The notes below the pieces were generated by a model. It was not told where the DNA came from. It did not search any database and saw only the letters and a list, made by a program, of their open reading frames with translations. DNA of 64,000 nt, from positions 70,680,001 through 70,744,000 of the forward strand of contig OZ024744.1 of NCBI GenBank assembly GCA_964016885.1, in the 5' to 3' direction. The translations under genes and the position numbers were made by a program. Positions 40,650-53,662 of the stretch are shown here, one piece after another. How positions within the stretch are numbered: position 1 is the stretch's first letter; the number at the start of each line of letters is the position of its first letter. Source of the DNA: Eledone cirrhosa. Taxonomy: Eukaryota.

Positions 40650-40694
40650 AATATTGGACTAGTTTCGTTGTTGTTACAACTCATCAGCAATATT
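40650..40694 (-). ncRNA. Minimal type I hammerhead ribozyme, unit 3
   Basis: Identical to 39714-39758. Confidence 0.92.
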
Positions 40695-41117
40695 TACCTA
40701 TCTACCGGCCTTTCTGGAGAATTGTAAAAGCACATATCGTTATATGCTTTTTCTATGAAAATTAGTAGTGGGCAGACTAATTTGCATAGAGTGTGAGTAC
40801 GCACCGGTTCAGCGGAGACGATAAAAACAAATAACGAAACGAAATTAAATTTCGTTTCGTTTGTAACTCACTTTTGTATGACTGACGCTTAAACAATTAA
40901 GTTAAAAATGTACATCTACATATGCATACTGAAATACTAGTGTGTATATGAATACACACACGTATACATATGTAGGTGTACCAAGTCTTTCACTGGTCGC
41001 TTTACCGGTGCGTACTCACACTCTATGCAAATTAGTCTGCCCACTACTAATTTTCATAGAAAAAGCATATAACGATATGTGCTTTTACAATTCTCCAGAA
41101 AGGCCGGTAGATAGGTA

Positions 41118-41162
41118 AATATTGCTGATGAGTTGTAACAACAACGAAACTAGTCCAATATT
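41118..41162 (+). ncRNA. Minimal type I hammerhead ribozyme, inverted unit
   Basis: aatattgCTGATGAgttgtaacaacaacGAAActaGTCcaatatt, read directly on the + strand. Confidence 0.92.
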
Positions 41163-41386
41163 CCTTGTCTGGCTTTCTGGAGAATGGAGGGAAGGTGTTC
41201 CCCCCGAAAACCAGTATGACTCTAAAAACCGGTTTGTCTGTGTGTTTACATACAGAATAGCTGGGCCGCTCACTGTAAAGCGACCAGTGAAAGACTTGGT
41301 ACACCTACATATGTATACGTGTGTGTATTCATATACACACTAGTATTTCAGTATGCATATGTAGATGTACATTTTTAACTTAATTG

Positions 41387-41479
<93 letters not shown>

Positions 41480-41666
41480 GATAAATCTACCAAAAGTTTA
41501 CGGTAGTGTCCAATCCGTATGAAGAACTCAATGTAATCCGGATATCACGAAAAGAGAAGATGCATTCAAAAACTACTTTCGGTGAAAAATAAACGGAAAA
41601 CAGAGTCAAGATAAATTAATAAAATAATGAATAAACAAAGAAACAGTTCCTTATATTAAAAAAATT

Positions 41667-41806
41667 CATCATTTTACGATCGTTTCTAGGATATATATGT
41701 GTTAGAGTTGGTATGCATATTCTATAGATCTATGTACAATATTTATACAAACTATCAGAGGGAGTATACATACTTACACATATATATGCTGTCTTCAGAA
41801 ATAATG
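41667..41806 (-). ncRNA. Type I hammerhead ribozyme with long stem II (left arm of palindrome)
   Basis: Reverse complement of 42058-42197. Confidence 0.75.
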
Positions 41807-42057
41807 ATATTTGTTTATTGAAAAAAACAAAGATTCAATACAATAGGTCTGTTTGGGAACAGGTTTTGAATTGACCAATAGAGAGATAGTGAGGGTCAGG
41901 ATAGTAATATAGTAGTAGAAGAACCTTAAATAATTTAAGGTTCTTCTACTACTATATTACTATCCTGACCCTCACTATCTCTCTATTGGTCAATTCAAAA
42001 CCTGTTCCCAAACAGACCTATTGTATTGAATCTTTGTTTTTTTCAATAAACAAATAT

Positions 42058-42197
42058 CATTATTTCTGAAGACAGCATATATATGTGTAGGTATGTATAC
42101 TCCCTCTGATAGTTTGTATAAATATTGTACATAGATCTATAGAATATGCATACCAACTCTAACACATATATATCCTAGAAACGATCGTAAAATGATG
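42058..42197 (+). ncRNA. Type I hammerhead ribozyme with ~105-nt stem II insert
   Basis: cattattt-CTGAAGA-cagc-atatatatgtgt...acacatatatat-ccta-GAAA-cgatcGTA-aaatgatg. Confidence 0.75.
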
Positions 42198-42247
42198 AAT
42201 TTTTTTAATATAAGGAACTGTTTCTTTGTTTATTCATTATTTTATTA

Positions 42248-42330
<83 letters not shown>

Positions 42331-42334
<4 letters not shown>

Positions 42335-43000
42335 CAAGGTTTAGCAAATAAGAAAAAGTTTCAAAGTAAATTTCAAAAAATTCACTGTACTTACTATAGT
42401 TACCCTTACCGAATCGGTTTCGAGTGTCAAAAATAAATGGACAGTCCTTGCGGCCTTCCATTGAAAAGATAAACTCTCGTCAGAAGGTTCTTTTCACTCG
42501 GAGATATAAAATTCCCGAGTTCAAATTACGAACTGGCGCTATTCAAAATTGTTCCCGAGATGAGAATGAATGATGTGGAAGCAATTCTGTCCAGTGCCGT
42601 GTGTAAAGATAGAAGCAGGGGCAGGGAGGTCAGTCTACTACCACTATAAATAGCAGCAGTCAAAACGACCAAATTTTATCTCGACTAAGAGGAGAATAAT
42701 AATAATAAAGTATATATTCCTACACGCAAAAAGCGTCCAGGGACACATGTATTGTCCAACCATATGCCAATGTGGTTCAATGGCAGGTTAATAAATTAAC
42801 GAGCCAGAACATATATAATCAAGGTTTAGCAAATAAGAAAAAGTTTCAAAATAAATTTCAAAATATTCACTGTACTCACTATGGTTACCTTTAATGAATC
42901 GGTTTCGAGTCTCAAAAATAAATGGACAGTCCTTGCGGCCTTCCATTGAAAAGATAAACTCTCGTGAGAAGGTTCTTTTCACTCGGAGAATATATAATTT
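42331..43000 (-). mobile_element. Retrozyme-like repeat: 485-bp unit plus partial second unit
   Basis: taatcaaggtttagc at 42331 and 42816; homologous to 36197-36540; the second hammerhead core is mutated. Confidence 0.72.
42402..42488 (-). ncRNA. Type I hammerhead ribozyme
   Basis: acctt-CTGACGA-gagt...actc-GAAA-ccgattcgGTA-agggt. Confidence 0.82.
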
Positions 43001-43022
43001 TCTTATTTGCTATATATATATA

Positions 43023-43144
<122 letters not shown>

Positions 43145-43150
43145 CATATA

Positions 43151-43198
<48 letters not shown>

Positions 43199-43199
<1 letters not shown>

Positions 43200-44701
43200 T
43201 ACCAGTAAAGCCTGGCGTTGCTCGGGGCTGCTCAGTAGCTGTGTTAAAGTTACAATGTTAAGTTTCTTTCTTGGCTTAAAAACTGTAGAGTCTACAGTGT
43301 AGACTTTCATGCGGTACTTTTAATTAATATTCCCTCTACCAACAGTATGCCTTATGAAGTTAAGAAAACATAACCATAACTCGAATGTTAAAACAAAAGA
43401 GGATGCTGGGGATAAAAACTGCACTGGTAATCTATTAACAAAACTCGAAAATATAAACACTGCAACATTTGTCTCAGAAAAAAACATCAGCGTAACCAAA
43501 CTATCAGTTATTTTCAAACAAAGAAATTGGATGGACATGAAAAACAACAAAAAAAAAAGGCAATTTCATCGCCTATCACCTCTCTGCACGACTGACTGTC
43601 TGTACAGCTTTATCGCCTATAATCACCTCTCTGCACGACTGTCTGTCTGCATGCCTCCATCGTCTATCAGCCCCACTGTCTGCACAACTTTATCGCCTAT
43701 AGCAGCAAAGTTGTGTTAAAGTTACAATGTTAAGTTCCTTTCACATTCATCTGTAGAACAAACGTAGCCCATGTGTCAAGTTTTGTGAAAATCGGTTGCG
43801 AACTCAAGAAGTTATGACGTTTTGTTGCATTACACTGCAGTGCTTCAGTCGACTCCAAGGAAGTGTTTAAAGTGGTTATCTGCCGGGGGGCCCTATAATC
43901 AATATCTGGAAAAATAAAAGTGCCCATGACCATCCGGAGTACATAAGTAACCTATGTCTTAAGTTTGGTGAAAATACTGTAGAAATGCATAAGGTTTACA
44001 CACACACACGCGCGCGCGGGTGTGTGTGTTTGTGTGTGTATGTATTTGTGTGTGCGTATGTATATGTATGTGTATGTCCGTCGGCGCATACGTATGTACT
44101 GGCCTAAATCTACACTATTTATTTTTACTATTTTAAGGCAAAGTTAAAATCCCGTCGAGGTTAACTTTGCCTTTCATCCTTACGGGGTTGATAAAATAAA
44201 GTACCAGTAATGTACTGTGTAATTGCTGGCCTTGTGCCAAAAATAGAAACAACTATTTTAATAACCTCTCATTTTCGTTTACAATTTTATTTACATCATT
44301 CTTAAACTCCGGGGCTGGAAATCATTCGGTTATTTTAAATAAAATATTAGTCTAACGACTCCATTTATACCATAAACATGGTCTCGTCTTTGCATGAAAT
44401 TGTTCTTCTCGGTCCACATAACGACGTATTATCCTCGCTTTTTTTCCGTTCATTACCACGGAACGTCTTCACGAACCAAAATATCGTCTTCCTGTTTTCC
44501 TTCGGTTGCAACGTTTCTCGAAATATTTAATTCTGCGTTCACAGATTGTTTGTTTTAGTTTAAGAAGATCCCGTTAATGTTGAAAGCAGCGATTCTTTGC
44601 TTAAACTTTCTTTCTTTCTCAACCCCTTTCTCTCTCTCTCACTCACTCATACCCCCTCTCTCTCTCTCTTGATCCTACAGAATGGAGAACAATAAAGAAC
44701 G

Positions 44702-44778
<77 letters not shown>

Positions 44779-44846
44779 ATCTCTCTCTCTCTTTATATAT
44801 ATATGTGTTTGTGTGTGTCTGTGTGAACCAGCGTTCGTCGCCATTT

Positions 44847-44877
<31 letters not shown>

Positions 44878-45255
44878 ATCTATCTATCTGATTATCTTGT
44901 ACCTCTCTCTGTATAACGACCTATCTCACTCTCTCTCTCTACATCTCCCTTTCTCTCTTTAGATGTATATCTATATATGTGTGTGTATGTGATATAGAGA
45001 GAGTTGCAACATGTATGTAGTTTCATAGATTTTTTAGGGTAGTAGTGAGAGGAATTAAACGTGTAAGAGAGAAGGTTACAGCATGTATTTAGTTTTATCG
45101 TCTTTTTTTTCATAAAAATTTTATTACGCGTTGACCAGCCTTGGTAAATTTGAAGCACATTGGGGAAAAATCTTCAAAATCGGTAGAGAAATGTGGAAAT
45201 GCATAACAATCATACACACACACAGACAGACATCTTCCGTTTTATATATATATAT
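43199..45255 (-). mobile_element. Non-autonomous Helitron (~2 kb)
   Basis: Reverse complement of 49805-51840; 3' hairpin present and terminal CTAG mutated. Confidence 0.8.
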
Positions 45256-45535
45256 ATATATATAAGTTAAAACAATGAAATAAAAAATCAAGTCATTAAA
45301 GATATACTTCACTGCTTTACGATCGTTTCTAGGTGATGATAATACATCGTAACTATACTTCGTTATCGATCTATGTAAGGTTAGTTACAAACTATCAGAT
45401 AAGGAGAATATTTACTTACATGCATATCACCAGCTTTTGTCAAAAGCAATAATTTATTTTAACCTACAACATTTTCAACATTGATTACATTGAGTTTTTC
45501 ATGCAGACTAAACCCCACAACTTACCGTGGATATC

Positions 45536-45612
<77 letters not shown>

Positions 45613-45795
45613 TATATTATTTTTTTCGCTCTTCATGACTGAATACAATAAATGTAATCGGAATTTTTCGAATATTAATAATTATATTCAATTCGTTTGT
45701 CATTCTACTGACACGGCTTTAAAAATGAGGCTCGTTTGCATAATTGCAAACGAATTGAATATTATTATTAATATTCGAAAAATTCAGATTGCATT

Positions 45796-45860
<65 letters not shown>

Positions 45861-45944
45861 TCTATAACTAAAAATATGGAATAGTAGCTTAGCACAACTC
45901 AAAGAAATATGGAAAGATACACTTTAGGATACATTAATTCTTTC

Positions 45945-47310
45945 TAATATTGTCACAAGGCCACCAATTTTGGTGGGAGGGGGAGCGGGGGTCGAGTAAG
46001 AGGACCCCAGTACTGGTACTTCATTTTATCAACCACGGAAGGATGAAAAGCAAAGATACCTTGGTGCTATTTGAACTCAGAATGTAAATGAACAGAATAA
46101 ATACTGCAATGACATTTTATCTGATGCTCAACCAATTCTACCAATCCCCCCAAAATATTAAGAACAGAAAATGGAGAGTGCATGAATCGTATAGGACAGC
46201 AGATGGAGGCTGCTATGGTCAGAAATGGCTACGATGGGGACAGGTTCACATAGTTGAAAAAGACAGAGGATATATGTTTGTATATATGAGTGTGCGTGAT
46301 TGTTTGTGAGGGAAACTGAGTGTGTATTTATTGTGGATATGCTTAATATGTGCATATTTGATTGAAAATAAATATATATATAATCGAAATGAATTAGTAA
46401 CATAGCCTTATTTTTTTAACTACAATTTTGGATGAAGGGAAAAGTTGATTAAATTGACCCAAGTGCGTTACTGGTACTTTTATCGACCTCGGTAAGGATG
46501 AAAGGCAAAAACTAACCCGGCAGAATTTGAACTCGGAACGTAAAAGGACGTAGTATATGCCGCAAAGCATGGTGTGTGACGCTCTCCTGATTCTGCTAAT
46601 CCACTTTGTAGTGAATTAAAATAATGGTTTCTTATTTAAGCACAAGGCCAACCATTTTCGGGGGAGAGGAAAGTCGATTAAATCGACCCAAATGTGTTAC
46701 TGGTACAATATTTTATCGAGCCTCGTAAGGATGAAAGGCAAAAACCAGCTTCGGCTGGATTTGAACTCAGAACGTAACGAGACGTAATTATATGCCACAA
46801 AGCATGTCTGGCGTTCTTCTGATACTGCCAATCCACCCTTTGGTGGATTAAAATAATGGGTTCTGATTTTAGGACAAGGCCAACAATTTTCAGGGGAGGG
46901 GAAAGTCGATCAAATCGATCCCAGTGTGTTACTAGTACATTTTATCCACCCCGTAAGGAGGAAAGGCAAAGCTAACATCGGCAGGATTTAAACTCAGAAT
47001 CTAAATGGATGTAACTATATGCAGCAAATCATGTTGTTCGGTTCTCTGCCGGTACTGCCAATCCATCGCCCTTAAATATCATAATGGTGTCTTATATAGG
47101 TACAAGGCCAGCAATTTGGGGTGGGGTGGGGGGGGGGTCGATTTAATCGACCCCAGTGCGTTACTGGTACTTTATTTTATCGACCCCTTAAAGATGAAAT
47201 GCAAAGTTAACATCGGTGGGATTTGAACTCAGACCATAAAGGGCCGTATCTCTATGCTGCAAAGCATGGTGTCCGACACTCTACCGATACTGCCAATCTA
47301 TCGCCCTATA
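45945..47310 (-). mobile_element. Cluster of about five co-oriented SINE copies
   Basis: acaaggcca...aaggatgaaaggcaaa...gatttgaactcag...ctgccaatcc repeated at about 45950, 46420, 46640, 46875 and 47100. Confidence 0.85.
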
Positions 47311-47635
47311 AATATCATAATAATAACAAAGGAAAACAAAAAAAATGGGCAGTTGTGTGGGTTCACTTCCCCACGCACGCTAATGCCCATTATTTCCGTT
47401 TTTAGGGGCGTATACGCTCTATTAATATTAAACCCTTTTCACTTAGATATTCTAAAATATATAATATATTTGGGTAAACCAAAAATAATATTTAGAATGC
47501 CGTGCTCTCTAATTCCACATTCTACTCGTCAGAATCATGAATCACCGATAACAAAAAAGCAACTGTAGTCAGCGACAAGTTTCATTCGTCAACTGTCGAC
47601 TGATTGTTCCCGTCCTGCTGATCTTCATACGATAT

Positions 47636-47902
47636 CAGGGACGGGGGGAACTGGAGGGAGGGACGGGGAGGGGGAGTGCCCCCCCCCCCACACTTCCAAT
47701 AATAATATTTTTCTCCCCAAAACACACATATATTTATATATGCGCTACAATTTATGTACATATGGTTGTAGCATATCGACATTTTTTTTTGTTTTATATC
47801 CTGGTTGATATTTGATAATAACAGCTAAACTAATCACTACAACTAAATTGACCAAACTTCCCCCCCTCCCCATCCAATTCAGAAATGCTTCCACTGCCCC
47901 TG
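47636..47902. mobile_element. MITE with CAGGG ends
   Basis: cagggacggggga / ttccactgcccctg imperfect TIRs, G/C-run subterminals, gatat directly repeated on both flanks. Confidence 0.55.
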
Positions 47903-48401
47903 GATATGATAGTAGGAATAATATTCCAGTTAAATCCAGTAACGGGTTCCCTCACAAAGTTGGCTTAAAAATTATTGATAACTAAATATATATGAGAAAG
48001 AAAGATAAAAACAAAATTAAGTAATGAGAAAACGGAGAAGGGGTAAAGAAGGGTAGATATGGCGGTATGGGGAAGTAGAGGATATGACTATAAATAGCAT
48101 AAATGAGAGGAAAAGGAGGGTAAAAGCAAGGACTCTTGGGCCACAGAAGAAAAGGAGAAGGAAGGGGAGAGAATGATGGGATCTGGCCCTAGAGCGTGGA
48201 GGTGTTTGTACTACGCCCCGCGAACGAAGAATTTATATTCCATTTGATCTTACAATCTGCTGTGTCGTCTGTGCAGTTGTCCGGTAGACAGTAAACGCGA
48301 TGTTCGATTCCCGTAGAAGGTAGCGTCACATTTTTATAGCCATATTTCGTGTGTATAAATATTCATAATTTAAGTTAATCATTAAAAACCACAACCGTAA
48401 T

Positions 48402-48432
<31 letters not shown>

Positions 48433-48437
48433 TATAT

Positions 48438-48497
<60 letters not shown>

Positions 48498-48675
48498 AAA
48501 AAAAGATGAAATCGAAAATGCAACTTGAGTCTTATTTAAAAATATATATATATATATATATATATTTTTTTTAAAATAAGACTCTAGTTGCATTTTCGAT
48601 TTCATCTTTTTTTCTTTATACTTTCACTCGTGTAGGACACCTTGGTTATTTTTCATTTTGTAAAGAAAAAACCAC

Positions 48676-48778
<103 letters not shown>

Positions 48779-48867
48779 AAGGTTAAACAAGGTTAAATTA
48801 ATAAATCAAAGAATGAGTTTTACAATAGATTGGAAGCACTCAATAGAATTGGTTTCCCGGAGTTATT

Positions 48868-49765
48868 AATATTAATTCAAAATATTAACAAAAATAGACA
48901 TTCGTGTGATCAAGTATATTTTATTATACATATTTCAGAGGTACTGAGCTAACTTCAACAGTACGTCCTCATCCGATAAAATAAGATGATGCATGACATA
49001 CCCTGACATAGTAGATGGTTATGGTAGTGCATAAGATATGACAAAACTCAATATTTATATACCTTATGATTAATTGTTAGTATATTTCTAATTAACTAAG
49101 GACTCGAAATTAAACCTTCATATAATTACACCCAGATATATTTAATATTTAGATTGATGGATACTTCTAGATAATTCAATAATTCAAAGATTCGAGTTTA
49201 ATCTTTCACAAAGCTATGCCTAAATGTATATTTATGTGTTTGTATAGATATATATATAATTTTTGTATTTTCTAATCACACCCTATTCATCCACGACAAT
49301 ACAAACGCGCAATACAAATGCTTTATACTATAAAAATTATTACTGCTTGTCTCTCTATCCTTGATCAATTCTCTTTTGCTTTCTATACTTCTATTAACTA
49401 TATTTTCTCCTCATCTGTTTCTCTCTGTCTTTCTTCTTTCTTCTTTCTTCAATAACTTAAATTATTTGAATCTCTAACAGTTATGTAAATTGCTATTATG
49501 TATTTTTAAGCTTTCTCACACGCACCCTCTGTATTATATGTAAATTTTTTCATGTCTCAATCTTAAGGTATATAAATAATGAGTTTTGTCATATCTTATT
49601 CACTACAATGACCGAAACTTAACCATCTACTATGTCAGGGTATATCATGCATCATCTTATTTTATCTGATGAGGACATACTGTTGAAGTTAGCTCAGTAC
49701 CTCTGAAATATGTATAATAAAATATACTTGATCACACGAATGTCTATTTTTGTTAATATTTTGAA

Positions 49766-49772
<7 letters not shown>
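48868..49772. repeat. ~200-bp inverted repeats carrying a hammerhead (Penelope pLTR-like arrangement)
   Basis: 48868-49071 versus 49559-49772 reverse complement; left core mutated to CGGATGA. Confidence 0.75.
49659..49723 (+). ncRNA. Type I hammerhead ribozyme
   Basis: attttat-CTGATGA-ggaca-tactg...cagta-cctct-GAAA-tatgtATA-ataaaat; the base of stem II is imperfect. Confidence 0.7.
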
Positions 49773-49804
<32 letters not shown>

Positions 49805-49819
<15 letters not shown>

Positions 49820-50137
49820 GGAAGATGTCTGTCTGTGTGTGTGTATGATTTTTATGCATTTCCACATTTCTCTACCGATTTTGATGATTTTTTTTCCCAA
49901 TGTGCTCCAAATTTACCAAGGCTGGTCAACGCGTAATAAAATTTGGCAAAAATCTCCTGCTTTTATGAAAAAGAAAACGATAAAACTAAATACATGCTGT
50001 AACCCTCTCTCTTACACGCTTAATTCCTCTCACTACTACCCTAAACAATCTATGAAACTACATACATGTTGCAACTCTCTCTATATCACACACACACACA
50101 TATATAGATATACATCTAAAGAGAGAAAGGGAGATGT

Positions 50138-50171
<34 letters not shown>

Positions 50172-50250
50172 AGAGAAAGAGAAAGAGAAAGAGAGAGAAA
50201 ATGGCGACGAACGCTGGTTCACACAGACACACACATACACATATATATAT

Positions 50251-50295
<45 letters not shown>

Positions 50296-50354
50296 GAGAT
50301 CTGCGCGTTCTTTATTGTTCTCCATTCTGTAGAAGAAGAGAGGGGGGGTATGAG

Positions 50355-50394
<40 letters not shown>

Positions 50395-51840
50395 GGTATG
50401 AGAAAAAAGGGAGAGGGGTTGAGAAAGAAAGAAAGTTTAAGCAAAGAATCGCTGCTTTCAACATTAACGGGATCTTCTTAAACTAAAAAATGCAATCTGT
50501 GAACGCAGAATTAAATATTTCGAGAAATGTTGCAACCGAAGGAAAACAGGAAGACGATATTTTGGTTCGTGAAGACGTTCCCTGGTAATGGACGAAAAAA
50601 AAAGCGAGGATAATACGTCGTTATGTGGACCGAGAAGAACAATTTCATGCAACGACGAGACCATGTTTATGGTATAAATGGAATCGTTAGACTAATATTC
50701 TATTTAAAATAACCGAATGATTTCCAGCCCCGGAGTTTAAGAATGATGTGAATAAAATTGTAAACGAAAATGAGAGGTTATTAAAATAGTTGTTTCTACT
50801 TTTGGCACAAGGCCAGCAATTACCCAGTACATTACTGGTACTTTATTTTATCAACCCCGTAAGGATGAAAGGCAAAGTTAACCTCGACGGGATTTTAACT
50901 TTGTCTTACAATAGTAAAAGTAAATAGTGAAGATTTAGGCCAGTACATACGTATGCGCCGACGGAGATACACATACATATACATACGCGCACACAAATAC
51001 ATACACACACAAACACACACACCCGCGCGCGCGCGCGCCCGTGTGTATGTAAACCTTATGAGCACTTTCCTTATGTAAACCTTATGAGCACTTTCATTTT
51101 TCCAGATATTGATTATAGGGCCTCCCGGCAGATAACCCCCTTTAACCACTTCCTTGGAGTCGACTGAAGCACTACAGTGTAATGCAACAAAACGTCATAA
51201 CTTCTGGAGTTCGCAACCGATTTTCACAAAACTTGACACATGGGCTACGTTTGTTCTACAGATGAATGTGAAAGGAACTTAACATTGTAACTTTAACACA
51301 GCTACTGAGCAGCCCCGGCAAACGCCGGGCTTTGCTGCTATAGGCGATAAAGTTGTGCAGACAGACAGTCGAGCTGATAGACGATGGAGGCATGCAGACA
51401 GACAGTCGTGCAGAGAGGTGATTATAGGCGATAAAGTGTGCAGACAGACAGTCGTGCAGAAAGGTGATAGACAATGAAATTGCATTTTTTGTTGTTTTTC
51501 ATGTCCATCCAATTTCTTTGTTTCAAAATAACTGATAGTTTGGATACGCTGATGTTTTTTTCTGAGACAAGTGTTGCAGTGTTTATATTTTCGATTTTTG
51601 TTAATAGATTACCAGTGCAGTTTTTATCCCCAGCATCCTCTTTTGTTTTAACATTCGAGTTATGGTTATGTTTTCTTAACTTCATAAGGCATACTGTTGG
51701 TTGAGGGAATATTAATCAAAAGTACCACATGAAAGTCTACACTGTAGACTCTACAGTTTTTAAGCCAAGAAAAGAACTAAACATTGTAACTTTAACACAG
51801 CTACTGAGCAGCCCCGAGCAACGCCGGGCTTTACTGCTAG
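49805..51840 (+). mobile_element. Non-autonomous Helitron (~2 kb, composite)
   Basis: 5' (ta)ntaaaacggaagatgtctgtctg; 3' cccgagcaacgccggg hairpin, then CTAG|T at 51837-51840; carries a SINE 3' fragment at 50789-50893. Confidence 0.85.
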
Positions 51841-51959
51841 TATATATATATATATATACACACATATATGTATATATATATATACACACACATATATACA
51901 TATATATATATCACAGAAAAAAGAAAATCAGTGTTGCGACGAATGGAATTTATTGGATA

Positions 51960-52526
51960 CTAGCAGTGGTACCCGGCGTTGCACGAGATAAGGTATTTTG
52001 GAACGCGGGCCGCCAACAGACCTAATCGTGGAAAAACTGCATGCCTGGACAATATGTAAAGAAAATAAACCGAATACTCAGATGGCTGGATAATATTTAA
52101 GATTTTCCTCGATGAAGCAGGAAAAATGCAGGTTTTCACCTAGGGAATCAAGAAAATAAATTTATTTTATGTGCATAATATGCCTTGAAATTTCGGAAAA
52201 TCGGTTGACGTAACGCCTCCAAAAAGCCCCAAAAAGCTGAAAAATAAAGTTTTTCACCTAATGCGGGCCCTAGGCCATAAAAAAGTTGGATTTTCTTTGC
52301 TCACGGTATGAAGAAGAGACTGACTAATGCATAGTTACAATTTCAAGGAAATCGGTCTGACGTAACGCCTCAAAAAGCCCCTAAAAAGCTGAAAAAAAGA
52401 TTTAAAAAAGTTGAATATTTTTATGTGCATAACACTCCCTGAAACATAAGTAATACACATGTAAAGTTTGAAAAAAATCGGTTAGGTATTTCTCGAGTTT
52501 TAAGAATTCAAACTCACAGACACACA

Positions 52527-52566
<40 letters not shown>

Positions 52567-52864
52567 GACATCCTCAGGGAAGTGACGTAATGCAGACATA
52601 CAGACAGATATTATAAGGGCGCGACGATATATGTATGTATCTATCTAAAAAGAGAAAGACTAAGAATTATAGAGAGAGATCGCTAAATTGCCTAATGTGG
52701 TTCCAGGTCATTAAAAATTTGAAATTTGTTTTGCTCAGAACACTCCCTGAAACATAAGTATCACATGTGTAAAGTTTGAAAACAGTCGGTTGGGTGCTTC
52801 TCGAGTTTTAGGGATTCAAACTCACACACACACAGACAGACAACCTCAGTTTTATATATATAGA
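51960..52864 (-). mobile_element. Non-autonomous Helitron
   Basis: Minus strand starts A|TCtatatatataaaactgagg and ends ctcgtgcaacgccggg-taccactg-CTAG|T. Confidence 0.85.
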
Positions 52865-52953
52865 TATTACAATCGTTTCTATGGCGACCAGCTCGAGACA
52901 CGATCGATGTGATGATCGAACCCGGCTCTGAAAATCGCAAGGTCCTCAGATAC
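52864..52953 (-). ncRNA. Type I hammerhead ribozyme candidate
   Basis: gtat-CTGAGGA-cctt-gcgatt...ggtcgc-cata-GAAA-cgattGTA-atat; short stem I, imperfect stem II base. Confidence 0.55.
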
Positions 52954-53132
52954 GTCTTGATTCTGCGAAACAGATTTTCCTATGAGAGCATCGAGTGGTC
53001 AAAGGGCCTTCCGCATACGGACGCTTTAAGAATCCAACACCAATTATATATATATATAGTAATAATAATAAATTTGAAGACTAAAATCCAAAGAGGGCTC
53101 GATAAGGATAAATATACATCAAATATATTTTA

Positions 53133-53192
<60 letters not shown>

Positions 53193-53310
53193 TTGAAGGC
53201 GGTCACCTAGCCTGGCAACTGGTGGCTCTGGCCTTTAACATTTCTCTCTACTTTTCAGCCCCTTGGATTGTGCCTACCATTATTATATTCCTTTATTAGA
53301 TAAATTTCGT

Positions 53311-53370
53311 AACACCTGATGATGTCACTGGGTTCTTGCTGAGCCCAGTAATTGAAATGTGCATAGTGTT
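53311..53370 (+). ncRNA. Type I hammerhead ribozyme (mutated paralogue at ~24250-24310)
   Basis: aacac-CTGATGA-tgtc-actgggttc/gagcccagt-aatt-GAAA-tgtgcATA-gtgtt. Confidence 0.72.
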
Positions 53371-53421
53371 TATAATAAACCTTTAAGGAATTTCACCAGT
53401 CCAGCCTCCTGTCATTTTACT

Positions 53422-53460
<39 letters not shown>

Positions 53461-53461
<1 letters not shown>

Positions 53462-53647
53462 CTGTTTCTACTTTAGGCACAAGGCCAGCAATTACCCAGT
53501 GCATTACTGGTACTTTATTTTATCGACCCCGTAAGGATGAAAGGCAAAGTCAACCTCGGCGGGATTTGAACTCAGATCGTAAAGGGACGTAACTATGCTG
53601 GAAAGCATGGCGTCCGACCCTCCACCGATACTGCCAATCCACCGCCT
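53461..53647 (-). mobile_element. tRNA-derived SINE
   Basis: Reverse complement of the 9652 family. Confidence 0.88.
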
Positions 53648-53662
53648 AATTCATCGCCGTTA

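Larger units (their letters stand above)
41611..42253. repeat. Near-perfect ~640-bp palindrome
   Basis: Arms of about 321 bp around centre 41932 (ccttaaat-a-atttaagg); one mismatch noticed. Confidence 0.9.
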
